Source: Octopus vulgaris
Taxonomy: Eukaryota
Length of the DNA: 64,000 nt
Reading direction: 5' to 3'
NCBI GenBank assembly: GCA_951406725.2
Contig: OX597838.1
Coordinates: forward strand, 25,668,001 to 25,732,000
The notes under the pieces were generated by a model. It had not been told where the DNA came from. It made no database searches and saw only the letters and a program-made list of their open reading frames with translations. The translations under genes and the position numbers were made by a program. The first letter of the stretch is position 1; each line of letters starts with the position of its first letter. This document shows, in pieces, positions 1 to 14,287 of the stretch.

Positions 1-3000
1 AACCATGCTATGGATGGTGGCATCACCATTTGTGGATGGGCTGCAACTGTTAACATTTGCTTACATTTCCTGTCAATGTATCATCTGCTATCTCTGTGCT
101 TTTGAATTCCTCTGGAGTCAAAATTCTCTTACTTGGTCCCCCCCCAAAAAAGGGGGGGGGTAAGGGTTGGCAACAGGAAGAGCATCCTGCTGCAAAAATC
201 CTGCCTCAAATAGATCCCTGTCTAACCCTTGCTAGCATGGAACATCACATGTCTAATGAATGAAGGAACAAAAGGAATTATGAGATATAAAGGAGTCACA
301 GTAAAAACACCATCACCAAGATTAAAACTGGAATAATTGTAAACACGAATAAACATATACCTGCATACATGTGCACATGTGTGTGTGTATGTTACAGGCT
401 TCTGCACAGTTTTCATCTACCAAATTCCACTCACGAAATATTAGTTACCTAAACACATTTGTTGATATATACATTATAAACACACACGCATGTTGAAGTA
501 TGTGTGTGTGTGTATATTACATGTAAATGTGTGTATGTGTGTGTGTGCGTGTGTGTGTATATATATATATATACATACTAGAAAATGTTTAGGAACAAGT
601 TAAAGAAATTGATAGCTGCATAACCACATACATAGGAATAACCCTAGTTCAGTGTATTCCAAGTATGTTAAATCTTTTTCAGAAAACTAAAAAAAAAATT
701 TTCATCTGAAAATTACTGTGGTATGATACTCAAATTACGAAAAGAAAAGTTATATCGGGATGTATGAGGGCAGCTTCAAGAGTTGGTATTTAAACCTTTA
801 GACGTGCAGATAAAAGAAACATATGGCATATGCAGGATCACAGCATTAACATTTTAATATCATTTGGTCTATACTGAACTTCAGCAACAAGTATAATATC
901 CACTCAGATTTTTCTGGTTGTTGTGATGACAAATACTTCATTCTTACAAAAGCAACAGACATTTTAAACACAAGATAAGAACTAATTTCTAAATGCCACC
1001 ATGAAAATAAGTTCATTTTGTCAAATCTCAACAGAAATATCAAGACAAACTAAACCAAGTATAAACATCTGAATAAACAGAAGTCCATAGATCACCATCT
1101 TGCATGAAAGACTAACTGGTGTGAATGTGTCAGTTTTACAGGTATGTGTATCTGTATACATGTATATACACTTATTGGCACATGTATATGTATTTGCCTG
1201 CCTCTGTGCTTACTTGTGCACCTGCATATCTGTATGATGATATATGCAAATGTACTGCATTAGGAATGTATGTTTGCATATGCATACAACATAGTGATAC
1301 ATATATATGTATAGATATAATATGCAGTATGTATATGTGTGTGTATATATGTATATTCTTTTATATGTTTCAACCCTCAGGATGTGGCCATGCTGGGGCA
1401 TATATATAGCATATATGAATTGTTATATATTTTATATACAGTTGTATATGTAACTTTCATATATGTAGTGTCATGGATCACACTCACAATATATATATAT
1501 ATATATATACACATACTTGATATGTAAGGATGTCTATAAAAGAATGTATACATTCATTGAATCATTTCCATTAGGTTGCTTTATTTTATGTATTGTTCTA
1601 CAAATAGTACAAACCAGAACTAAACAAAACAAACCCAAAGATTGAATTTTACAACGAAGAACTGTTCCATCAGCCAGACCAATCTGAGGAATGTCTAAAG
1701 GCCTTAAATCTTTTGAGTAACAGAATTCTGTAAGCTGGAATGTTAACATCACATAATTATTTACTCCCCTTAATTGTGAGCTCTTTCTCTTTCTTGTTCA
1801 TATTATCACCATATATCTAAACTAATGTACATTTTGATCCTTTTGTTTCTCTGCTTATATTGAATTAACTGCAGTTTGGTAAACCTTAACAGATACTAGT
1901 AAATATTTGGTTAGCTGTTTTCTATCAAGGAACAGAAGTTTCTGTTTAGCTCCAGACAACCAAAGTCTACCACCGAAGGGGCGAAATTACATTGAAACAC
2001 TGGTGTCTGGTAGTCTGCTGATGTTGTTTGGAGCTTGGCATGTTTTTTACAAACAAAATTTTTATAGAGAAATGCATTCTCTGAAACCAAATCCAGCAGT
2101 GAATACCATTTATGTTCTATTGTGTGCAGGAACATCAAAAATAAATGTACACATTGTTACTTTGATCTTCGCTACTCTGAGTGCTTATACTGAATGTATA
2201 TATATATATATAGTTGTCACTAAAGTGACAAAGGGTGCTATATATATAATAGAAACTGGAATTAGAAATGTCATGATTACACTCATACTCTCTCTGTCTC
2301 TCACATATGCACACAGAATTAGGAAAACATTGGTTTTTACAATTCAGATGCAAAAGTACTCTATAAAAATATATAGCAAATACAAATCTGTATCGAATAT
2401 TGTGATGGTGGTGGTGACTCATATAAATGTGGTTTCTTAGGTTGTCGGAAATAAAAATTAAAACCCACAATGCTGTACACAGCCCAGCAACATGCAGGTG
2501 ATGCTTTGGAAATTTGCCTGAAACTACCAAATGTTGAATAATGATAAAAATAATCCTTCCTAATAAAGACACAAGGCCTGAAATTTGGCGGGAGAATGGA
2601 CTAGTTGATTACTGTTTCACTGGTACTTAATTTATCAACCCCGAAAGGGTGAAAGGCAAAGTTAACCTTGGTGAAATTTGAACTCACAATGTAGCGACAG
2701 GCGAAATACTACTAAGCATTTTGTCCAGTGTGCTAACAACTCTGCCAACTCACCACCTTGAGGTAATAATGATAGTAATAATAATAATAATACACACACA
2801 CACATCTGACCTGATAGTCATAACAGAAATACCTTGATCATAGATCACCAGTCTGATCTGAAGCTAAAGAACAAAAGAAAAACAACACAAAAATAAGAGG
2901 TTCATAAAACTGTAACTGGACACTGTGATCTTAATATGATACCATGAACATTTTGCTTATATGTACACTAAGTGATGTCCTAGAAGGCATGGTGAACAAA

Positions 3001-4278
3001 ACACTGAACATAACATGATGCTGTGTGAATTTTGTAACATGTATACCAACTGATGTCCACAGACACATGGTGTAATACTACACAGCATAACATGACACAG
3101 TTAACATTATGAAACTTATGTATAGTATACCAATTGATGTTCATCAATGCACAGTGAACATAACACATTGTACAACCTATGTACAATAAATACACGTTCA
3201 CAGTCAGAAGAATAAGGGAACAGGACACTGAAGATGTTAACCAGTGGATCTTAACCTTAATATTATCACCCTTCTGGGGACAATGTGAACCCCCAAGGGG
3301 GCAGCAAGTGTCAATGAGAGCTAAGGAGAGGGGTGGAGTAGCACTGTGTGTTTATAGCAGCTGTGATATTTTTCTTAAAGATAAAATATCTAAAATATAT
3401 TTTAAACACATTTTCAAAAGATTCTTTGTCAGGAGTAGAACATGAATTGGATATTGTTTTATCTGCAAACAGAAACATGACTGACAATGCACCAAGGGTC
3501 CAATGTAATATCATTATAGAAGTCCTCACATATTTCAGTAATTTCCATGGAAATTTAATATCGAGGGCATTAATGAAAATATTTCAAAGGAATGATGGAA
3601 TAGCATAAAAATATACAAATAAAAAAAAAATACTACACAAAACCAGCTTCAAATGGATTAAAATAATCTGCATTTTTTTTGGTTTGTTTTTTTGTTTTTT
3701 GGCAAACTTGGAGAAGAGCCTTTTGCAAAATGTTGTAAAGTGTAAAAAAACGGTGTCACAGGAGTTAACCATTTTGTTAAATTGTGCCTTGGAATTTAAA
3801 CTCGTAGTAGTTAGCACTGCTGGACAGTTAGTAAGGCATCTTGGTTTTAGAGTTTTTGAAAGAATTAGAGAAGAGCGAAAGGGTAAAGAATGGCTGAGTG
3901 TGTGTGTGTGTGTGTGTGTGAAAGAGAGAGAAGGGACATATGCACACACATGTACAGGGGAACCTCAGTTTACGAACACCTCTCATCACAGACATATTGG
4001 CTAATGAACAATTTTTTAAAACATTAAATATCTTGGGGTAACAAATGGTATCTTGAGTAACAAACACACAAGCTGGCAACAATGGTGGGCAACAAGCAGG
4101 GAAGCATCAGTGGAAGAGCGTCAGTTGCTGCCTTGCTTTTCCTCAGTACATATCCCTGCATAAATTCACCATGGCTCCTCTTGAATTTCCCATGGGAGAA
4201 ATAGTCCCAGCTTACAAACATTCCAGGTGACAAATGGCCCTCAGGAACAAATTCAATTCGTAAATCGAGTTTCCACTA

Positions 4279-4289
4279 TGTGTGTGTGT

Positions 4290-4337
<48 letters not shown>

Positions 4338-4418
4338 GTATATGTATATATATGTATATATATATATGTATATATATGTATATGTATATATATGTATATA
4401 TATATATATATATGTATA

Positions 4419-4487
<69 letters not shown>

Positions 4488-4516
4488 GTATATATATATA
4501 TATATATGTATATATT
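4279..4516. repeat. Long (TA)n/(TATG) microsatellite
   Basis: Direct inspection; one of many. Confidence 0.95.
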
Positions 4517-4778
4517 GTTGACATCATAGGAATTTATAAGCTTTCAAAATCATGAAATAATTCTTTCTTGGAATTGAACCTTAAGCTATAAATAACAGTA
4601 TGTACCTTTTGGATATAAAAAGTTGAAGGTGCAACACTGATTTTCTAGAACTTCATGCCTTCCATACTAATTTATAAGTAGGAACTTCAAATTCCTACAC
4701 CCACCAGACTGGTTAACTAGTCAACCCTGTGTCTCAGTGCCTTGCACAGTAGTCTTGATAAACTTTTATCATTTATAC

Positions 4779-5103
4779 CAGTGGTTTTCAACTGGGGCCC
4801 ATATAAGATTTTGGGAGTCTATGCAACAAAATAGTAAATTGAGGATCCACAATAATAATTTAAGGGCTCTTGAAAAAATTAGCTTTAGATGTGTGTATTG
4901 GTATGTATTGCTTGAAACAGGTTTCTTTCTCTAACATTTTGCACAGTTCAACCTAAACAACTTAATGTGCAAAAAACACGATAGGAATTTTGAAAGTGGT
5001 TTCTATAAAACTAGTTTTTAAACATTGAATGTCTAGGGGTGTCCACCAGATTAAAATAGTAATCACAGGGGTCCATAGATAAAAAAATGGTTGAGAACCC
5101 TTG
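4779..5103. mobile_element. hAT (Charlie-like) MITE
   Basis: TIRs CAGTGGTTTTCAAC / GTTGAGAACCCTTG; 8-bp TSD ATTTATAC / ATATATAC. Confidence 0.75.
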
Positions 5104-5262
5104 ATATATACAAATAGGTACCTGTATTTTATTTAATTATCTAAGGAAACTTAATATTTGTTTAATTTAGAGTGTGTTGACGAAGGTGACCACCACTGGT
5201 AAGAGAAAATAATCAGTAACGTGGGAAAACTTTAGGATCAGACTCCAGAGAATCAATTTTAT

Positions 5263-5329
<67 letters not shown>

Positions 5330-5554
5330 GTGGGAAGAAAGTGGGGTGAGTGATAGAATTATACAGGAAAGAGATGAATGAGGTGAGTCAGAAAGAAAGA
5401 TAAAAGTAATGAAGAGGGGGGGATGTATGAAGAACAAGAGAGAGGAGGAGCAGATGAGAAAAAGAATATGTTGAATCAGGAGGGGAAGAATGTGGAGGAG
5501 GAGGTACGAGAAGATGATCATACATGGAGGCACCAAAAGAGATGGCTATTGCAG

Positions 5555-5698
5555 TTACCATCCATCTACGGAGCCACATTTGCGTCGGTCAGCTGCTGCA
5601 TATATCTTGTCTTTGACCAGTATGCCTTGCACACGGCTTTTGGCCATATCTAACACAGTTACGTTGTGCCCCATCTCTTTCAGTTTCTTTGTGATGTC
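5555..5698 (-). CDS. GGT1: GGT coding exon 11, terminal ([13 protein letters not shown]...[15 protein letters not shown])
   Basis: Acceptor cttccag, stop TAA at 5557-5555, typical GGT C-terminus. Confidence 0.94.
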   Translation of the reverse strand, partial: DITKKLKEMGHNVTVLDMAKSRVQGILVKDKIYAAADRRKCGSVDGW

Positions 5699-6855
5699 CT
5701 GGAAGTAGAAATAGTGTTACGGTTACAATCATCACCATCATTGCTACTACCACCATCACCACTGCCACATCTATCATTCCAACCACCACCACAGCCACCA
5801 TTACCATCACTACCTAGCATACCATTGGTTATGACGATGAGTGTTCCAGTTGATCTGATCAGAGGAACAGCCTGTTCACGAAATTAATGTGGCCGAGCAC
5901 TCCACAGACACATATACCCTTAACGTAGATCTCAGGGAGATTCAATGTGACACAGAATGTGACAGGGCTAGCTCTCTGAAATACAGCTGCTACTAATTTT
6001 TGCCAGCTGAGTGGACTGGAGGAACTTGAAATAAAGTGTCTTGCTCAAGGACACAATGTGCCACCAGGAATCAAACTCATGACCTTATGACCATGGGCCA
6101 AATACCCTAACCATTAAGCCACATGCCTTCACTACTATCACAAGCAACAAGATACCATCATCATCATCACTACCACTATCACATCACTGTTATCATCATC
6201 ACCACCACCATTATTGTCAACATCATCATCAGCACCATCATCATTGTCACCATCACTACAACCACCATAATTTTTTTAACATCCTCCTCTTCCTCATCAT
6301 CATCATTTAACATTTACTTTTTCCATGCTGGCATGGGTTGGATGGTTGAACAGGAGCTGGTAAGCTGGAGGGGCTGCACCAGGCTCCAGCCATCTGTTTT
6401 GGCATGGTTTCCACAGCTGGATGCCCTTCCTAACACAAAGCACTTTACAGAGTGTTCTGGATGCTTTTTTATGTGGCACCAGCACTTTTTTCCTTGCAAG
6501 GCATTGGACTGGAATCCACAAAATGATGAAATAGATTTACCTCACCCCTGCTTCTCCCCTTGACATCCTACCCAGATCATGGTGCAGCAATACTTAGGAT
6601 CAAGTATTTGTCATCTCCCTCTGTTAAAAAGCTACAAGAACAAGCAACAAGGCAGCAGAAGATACTCACCTGGGGGAAATTCTTCTCCATTTCTATGTAT
6701 TGTGGAATCAACTGATGATGTAGTCGTGGGAAACTAATACTCTCTGCTATTGATTTATTGAACCACATTGATTCAGCAAAGACCTGAAACAAGCATGAGA
6801 TAGGGTTAGATAAAAGGTGAGGAGGAAATAAATATCATATGTACATACTTGCACA

Positions 6856-6889
<34 letters not shown>

Positions 6890-9800
6890 CAAAGCAATTA
6901 AGATTCAAGTCCAATGAATTTACTTGAATGTGGTACTTAACTTAGATGCACCAGAAAAACTATATGGTGTTATCCATACAGTAATGTGGGGTGATTATAA
7001 ACGAGAAAGAAGCAACAAGAATGGATTGGTTTTTAGTACAATTGTTTCATACAAAGACAGGCTTTATTACAAGTTGCAAAAATTGCAGCAGATAAAAGTG
7101 TCCCGTACTCATCAGCTAAAATACATTTGAGTTCTCTAGACATCTTAGTGGGTGAGGTTATACTCATGAAATATTGGAGATAGTTCCATTAGAGGCAGAT
7201 ATGTATTTTAGCTGATGAGTACGGGACACTTTTATCTGCTGCAATTTTTGCAACTTGTAATAAAGCCTGTCTTTGTATGAAACAATTGTACTAAAAACCA
7301 ATCCATTCTTGTTGCTTCTTTCTCTTATATATATATATATATATATATATATTGATAAAAATAGTAAGACAGGAAAAGAAAGAAAGAGACCTCGATATTA
7401 TGTAAATAGAAGAATTCATATGTAAATGTAATATGTGACAATTATTCGGCAGCCATGATAAAACTGAGTTTTATCATGGCTGCCGAATAATTGTCACATA
7501 TTACATTTACAGATATATGTATATATATGAGAGACCAAAGTGTATGTACACTGCTATATTTTTATGTATAAAAAAATACAAAAATGGGACAAGAACGCAA
7601 AACATCCAGACAGATGATACAAAGAAAACAAGGATGGGTCATTCAGAGTTTTCTTTCCTCAGTCGAGTTCCAGATTATCTTTGCAATTTCAGCTGGTTAT
7701 ACTCGAGATTGCTCCAATCTGGCCAGCCCCAAGGAAAAAGTAAGCTAAGAGCACTAGATTCCTTGCCTTTTCTTTGTAGTTTGATCGTAGGTGATCTACT
7801 TATAGCATATGGCTGACCACATAGTGGTTTTTAGCCCTTTAAATATACACATGTATTAGAATTTTCTCTGATTTTTCAGATTTTTGTATGCTAGGCTACT
7901 GGTTTTAAATTGATATTAATTAAATTAATATTCAATTTATCTCGCTCATTATTTAAATGTTAAAATAAATATGTTCTCTAATAGGTAGCATTAACTGCAG
8001 TAAATTATTTACTGCAGATTTTGTTTCTGGAATTTAGCACGCCAGAACTCAGACATTTGAAATTAACCCCAATGTAATCGGTGGAACTAAGCACGTGTCT
8101 GTTTTTATACAGAAAACTGGTGGTTAGTTTTACAAATTATATTGCTTGTGGAACGATCATACTGACGAGCCCTACGGATGAAGGAATTACGTAAGTGATT
8201 TATTCGTTAATAGGCGAAACTGCTGGTCTGCGATTAATTCTTGTTTTTTATATAATTTTCATCTGTCTTGCCTGCATATTGTTCTGGTGTCCGCTGAATT
8301 TTTCTCTAGAGAACATTCTTTTCTTTGTAGTTTGATCTGCTTCTAGCATATGGCTGACCACATAGTGGTTTTTAGCCCTTTAAATATACACATGTATTAG
8401 AATTTTCTCTGATTTTTTCAGATTTTTGTATGCTAGGCTACTGGTTTTAAATTGATATTAATTAAATTAATATTCAATTTATCTCCCTCATTATTTAAAT
8501 ACATATATAACGCACATATATACACACTTATGTGTGTGTGTGTTAGTGTTTGTTGTCTGCAATTGCTTGACAATGTGTTGGTTTGTTTACATCCCCTTAG
8601 CAATTTGGCCAAAGAAGCCAATATAATAAGTATCAGGTTGAAAATAAGTACTGGGGTTGATATATTTGACTAACCCTAACCCTTCAAGATGGTGCCACAG
8701 CGTGACCTCAGTCATGCTGTGACTGGAACAAGTAGAAGATAAATAACAAAAAGATCCAGTGACTTACGTATGCGGTGCCTGTTGTTATACGACTTCCACC
8801 AGAAGCACCAAGGACGCTTACGACATCCCCCTTTTGATCAACAATGATCGATGGTGACATTGAGGACATAGGCATCTTGCCTGGGACAATGTAGTTGGTT
8901 TTTGATGAAGGAATTCCAAACTCATTTGTTTTATTTGGAGTGGAGAAGTCATCCATCTCATCATTGAAGACAATTCCAGTACGTTTGCCCAACACTTTGG
9001 AACCGAAACTAGAAAGAAGAAAGGGAAGATAGGAAAGTGAAAGAAATGAGATGAGAAGATGATGAAAGATAATGAATGATAAAGGATGATGGGCACGTAA
9101 AAAAACACCATTCGAGCGTGATCGTTACCTGTGTTGCCTTACTGGCACTTGAACTGGTGGCATGTGAAAAAACATTCGAGCGAGGTTGTTGCCAGTACTG
9201 CCTGACTGGCCCTTGTGCTGGTGGCACGTAATAGCACCCACTACACTCTCGGAGTGGTTGGCGTTAGGAAGGGCATCCAGCTGTAGAAACTCTGCCAGAT
9301 CAGATTGGAGTCTGGTACAGCCATCTGGTTCGCCAGACCTCAGTCAAATAGTCCAACCCATACTAGCATGGAAAGCAGACGTTAAACGATGATGATGATG
9401 ATGATGATGTACCATTCCTCCACAATGCATTTCAGATACGACTACTATCAACATACTCTAGATAAGCTTAAGAGCAAAATGTCAATTATGTAACAAGAAA
9501 CTAAGTTATATCACCTGCAGAGATGTCTCTGCACTGTGGAGTACATTGGAATTCATTGTATAGTTACCCGCCCATGAGAGAGCAGTGCAGGATGTGAATG
9601 ACCGATGAGATAAATAAAGTTTTCAGTATATTCTATTTTCTGTATCAATTGTTTTTACTATATATATATAAGTTCAGCAAAAATTTAGATTCAAATGAAT
9701 ATGGTACTTAATTTAGATGCACCAGAATTCTGTATGGTGTTATCCATATAAATCCGTGCGGTGATTATAATCAAAATAAGCAACAAGAATGACTCTGGTA

Positions 9801-10084
9801 ATTTGGTACGATCGTTTCGTACTACATCATTTTATTAAATGTTGTAAGTATTACAACAGTTTTAAAATGCTGAGCACTCATCAGCCAATTATAGAGGTTT
9901 TGCAATTAATACAAAAATTTTCATATCAAGTGGCAAAATTTTTGTATTAATGGAAAACCTCTATAATTGGCTGATGAGTGCTCAGCATTTTAAAACTGTT
10001 GTAATCCTTACAACATTTAATAAAATGATGTAGTACGAAACGATCATACCAAATTACCGGAGTCATTCTTGTTGCTTATTTTGA

Positions 10085-10127
<43 letters not shown>

Positions 10128-11446
10128 AGTTCAATATATATTGTTGCTCAGTACAGTAATACTTACTATACACTACTGCTGTGTGTGTGTGTATACACAC
10201 ACATGCACTCCTCCACCATTCCTTCTCTGCCCTCTACCACATTTTCCCCTCCTATTACTGACATGTGACCCATGATCATCCTTTCTTCTTTTACTCTTTT
10301 TCCTGTTCTTTCTCACGCTGACTGCTGAAGCAACTGGTCGTATTTTCTCTAGTCTTCCACTTCAAGCTGTTCCACTGTCTGTTGCCCTTCTGTTTCTAGT
10401 CCTTTAGGATTTTCCTCTTAGTGTTATCCATACTTTCATTTCTGTCTGGCCCTCAGGCCTTATTCTGTTTATTTATTTTCTCTATGTCCCTCGTACGTCC
10501 CTTAATGGTCTCATCTTGAATCACATTTATTCATTTCTTGTTTGTTCTCGTTCTGTTATGTTTGGTCCCTCCCGGCAGCCTCTTGTTGCTAGCACCACCA
10601 GAAGGGAATTAATATTATCATAAAGTGCAAAATTGCGTTTGACCCTCTGGCTGATAAATGATGAAGTGTTAGTTGGTGACTTTCTGTGTGTGTTTTCCAT
10701 TTGTTTGTGCATCTGTTATGGTTTTTAACTTATTAATTAACGGAACACTATGTACTCTTGATTTTATTTACAGCAAGTGTTATCCCTCTCTCTCTTTCGG
10801 AGAGGCACAAGCACCTACACGCACATGTACACACACGGCAGTAACTTCCGCCTGCCGAATTCAATCACAAAGCTTTGGTCGGCTCGGGGCTATAGCAGAA
10901 GACACCTACCCAAAGTGCCACGCAGTGGGACTGAACCCAAAACCATGTAGCTAGGAAGCAAGCTCCCTAACCACACAGCCATTATATAAATATATATCAC
11001 ATAGATGGGTTATAAAACTATTCTGCACGTACAATAACAGCTATACCAACAATCCAACATAGCTCCATCATCAGCTGCCTCGCATACACACATACCCACA
11101 CCCACATGGCTTCTTTCAGTTTCCGTCAATGAAATTCACTCACAAAGCTTTGGTTAGCTTGGAGCTATTGTGGAAGAGCGAAGGTGTCAAGCAGTGCAGC
11201 TAAACCCAAAACCACATGGCTGGGAAGCAAATTTCTTAACCTCACAAAAATAAATACATACACACACACACACACACACACAATTAGTCACATTATTAAC
11301 ATTCCCCTGTGTCAATGCTGGTCCTTTGAAGTACTGTTAGAGTCCATTTGACAAGCTTCTATACCATTTATTTTGTACGCAATGCCTGAAAGTGTTTTTG
11401 TTTATAATTCAGTAATTAAGTTTGGATTGATCAAAGCTATCACCAA

Positions 11447-11500
<54 letters not shown>

Positions 11501-14255
11501 CAGGATTACAGTAGTCATATATACACACAGACACAAGCATTTAGACATGTACTCAGAATGCCAATGTAATAATTACTAATAATTACTTACTATGAGTTGA
11601 CTGTGCTTGTTATGGAGACAGCATCACCATTGGGCCCCAGAAGACAGAGATGTGAAGTTCCAATATAGTCACGGATTGTGAATGCTGGACCGTAATAGGA
11701 ATAGTTAAATGTCCTTGAGTCATTGATGCGACTCCGAATTTCATCGCCATAACTTCGATCTGTTATGTTCCGTACAAGCTGTTAGTGGAAGAGAAAGAAA
11801 GACCTGTACATACGCAGTTGTGTGCACATGAGCATGTCCAGGTACATGCATGCATACATATATATACCTATGTATAAAGGTGATAAAATGAGTATGGTGA
11901 ACTTGTTGCGAGGAGAGAAAAATTCATTGTTTTGAACACAGTCCTTCGGGGAGGGGTTGAAAGGAAAGAAATTAAAGGGAGACAGCAGAATTTTACATTC
12001 CCTAAGAATACTGGCTGCAACTGATCAAGAATGCAGGACCACTTGAGCTGCATACGTGAACAAGCTTTCCATGGATTTGACTAAGTACTGTGATGTCTTG
12101 CAGACACAGACCAATACCTGCCTCTTTAGAGGTCAGTTTGATCATATATATATATATACGTGTGTGTGTGTGTGTGTGTATTCTATATATATATGTTGAG
12201 TAACATTTTGAATACCTGAGAACAAACTGGTAATCGTTTTGGGGTCATCCCTTACATTTACTAATATATATAAATATATATATATATTCTGTTTTACTTG
12301 TTTCAGTCATTTGACTGATCATGCTGGAGCACTGCCTTAAAGGGTTTTTTAGTTGAGGAAAGCACCCCAAGGACTTATTCTTTGTAAGCCTAGTATTTGT
12401 TCTATCAACGTCTTTTGCCAAACTGCTAAGCTACGGGTCTGTAAATACACAAATACACCAAGTGATGTCAAGTGATGGTGGGGGACAAACGTTGACACAA
12501 AGACAAATACATACATGCATCATCATCATCATCATCATCGTTTAACGTCCGCTTTCCATGCTAGCATGGGTTGGACGGTTCAACTGGGGTCTGGCAAAGC
12601 CCGAAGGCTGCACCAGGCCAGTCAGATCTGGCAGTGTTTCTACAGCTGGATGCCCTTCCTAACACCAACCACTCCGAGAGTGTAGTGGGTGATTTTATGT
12701 GCCACCGACACAGGTGCCAGACGAGGCTGGCAGACGGCCACGCTCGGATGGTGTTTTTTATGTGCCACCGACACAGGTGCCAGACGAGGCTGGCAGACGG
12801 CCACGCTCAGATAGTGTTTTCTTATGTGTCACCGACACAGGTGCCAGACGAGGCTGGCGAACATATATATATATTCTGTAGAGACAAAAACAAGTGGTAG
12901 TTGGATGGTGCAATATCAGGAGAATATGGTGGGTGGGGTAGGAGATCCCAGCCAAGTCATGTAACTTTGTTTGGGCAGCCAAAGACACATGTGGCCGGGC
13001 ATTGTCTTGTTGGAACACTACCCCATTCCTGTTGGCAAGCTCCAGCCTCAATTCTTTGATTTTTGGGGGGTTCAAATTAGCCAGCTGATGTTAGTACGCA
13101 TCAGAATTAATGGTCTGGTTTTGTGGAAGAAGTTCATAATAAATAATTCCTTTATGATCCCACCAAATACAAAGCATAGCTTTTTTTGGCATGAATATTC
13201 ATTTTCGGTTGCTGTTTTGGGGGATTCTTACACAAACTACTTTTAGAGACTTCCAAGTCCTCTGCAAGTACTCTAGTCATGACATTTGAGTCTTCTTCGA
13301 TTTTTGCCTTGAAAACCTCTTCATCCAATTTTGAAAGCCTTCCACTGCAACTGTTATCTTCCAAGCTAAACTCTCCAGCTTTAAATTTTGCAAACCACCT
13401 TCGAACAATTGATTCCTCTTCAGTATCATCACCATAAGCTGCACAAATGTTTTTGCAAGTCTTTGCAGCATTTTCTCCTTTTTTTAAAAAGCGAATATAA
13501 ATTTTTAGTTATCCAGTTCAAATGTCAATAAAGGGTAACTGGAACTAATTTTAGTCAGGAACAAAGAAGAGATGCGCTATCCCTTCAAGCAATGTCAAGT
13601 TTTGACTGAGTTACCTTTCAGGTGTGTTCAATGAAGCATTAAAAGATTTAGCTTAAAAATGCTCAGAACTTTCTGGACAACCTAATATATATATATATAT
13701 ATATGTGGAGGCGCAATGGTCCAGTGGTTAGGGCAGTGGACTCGTGGTTGTAGGATCGCAGTTTCGATTCCCAGACCGGGCGTTGTGAGTATTTATTGAG
13801 CGAAAACACCTAAAAGCTCCACGAGGCTCCGGCAGGGGGTGGTGATCCCTGCTGTACTCTTTCACCACTCTTTCTCCCATTCTTTCTCCCACTCTTTCTT
13901 CTGTTGGCCTGCTCGCTTAGCCAGCGGGGTGGCATCATTCGAAGGCTAAAACAATGCAAATGCATTGTGACCAGCGATGTGTAACTACATCTGATGGACT
14001 GGTCGGTCAAGTGATCACGTGATATATATATATATAGCCAACGAAAAATTGTATAAAATTAACTGCATACCGAATAGTTCAAAATACTTTGGATATATAT
14101 GTATGTATGATGGGCTTTTTTCAATTTCTGTCTACCAAATCTACTCACAAGGCTTTGGTTGGGCCAAGACTATAGAAGACACTTGCTCAAGGTGTCATGT
14201 AGCGGGACTGAACCTGGAACCATGTGGTTGGGAATCAAGCTTCTTACCACACAGC

Positions 14256-14287
<32 letters not shown>

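Noticed and set aside
1907-2440. 177-aa ORF
   Set aside because: Non-ATG start, runs through microsatellite sequence, no recognisable domain
4227-4555. YI/IY-repeat ORFs (also many others, e.g. 17624-17964, 28927-29427, 41054-41769)
   Set aside because: Translations of (TA)n, (CA)n and (TATG)n microsatellites
12700-12860. CRISPR-like repeat array
   Set aside because: Units are contiguous with no unique spacers, lie inside a SINE-like retroposon, and the context is eukaryotic with no cas genes
13705-13790. tRNA gene
   Set aside because: tRNA-like A/B boxes continue into a SINE body that has other copies; no full cloverleaf
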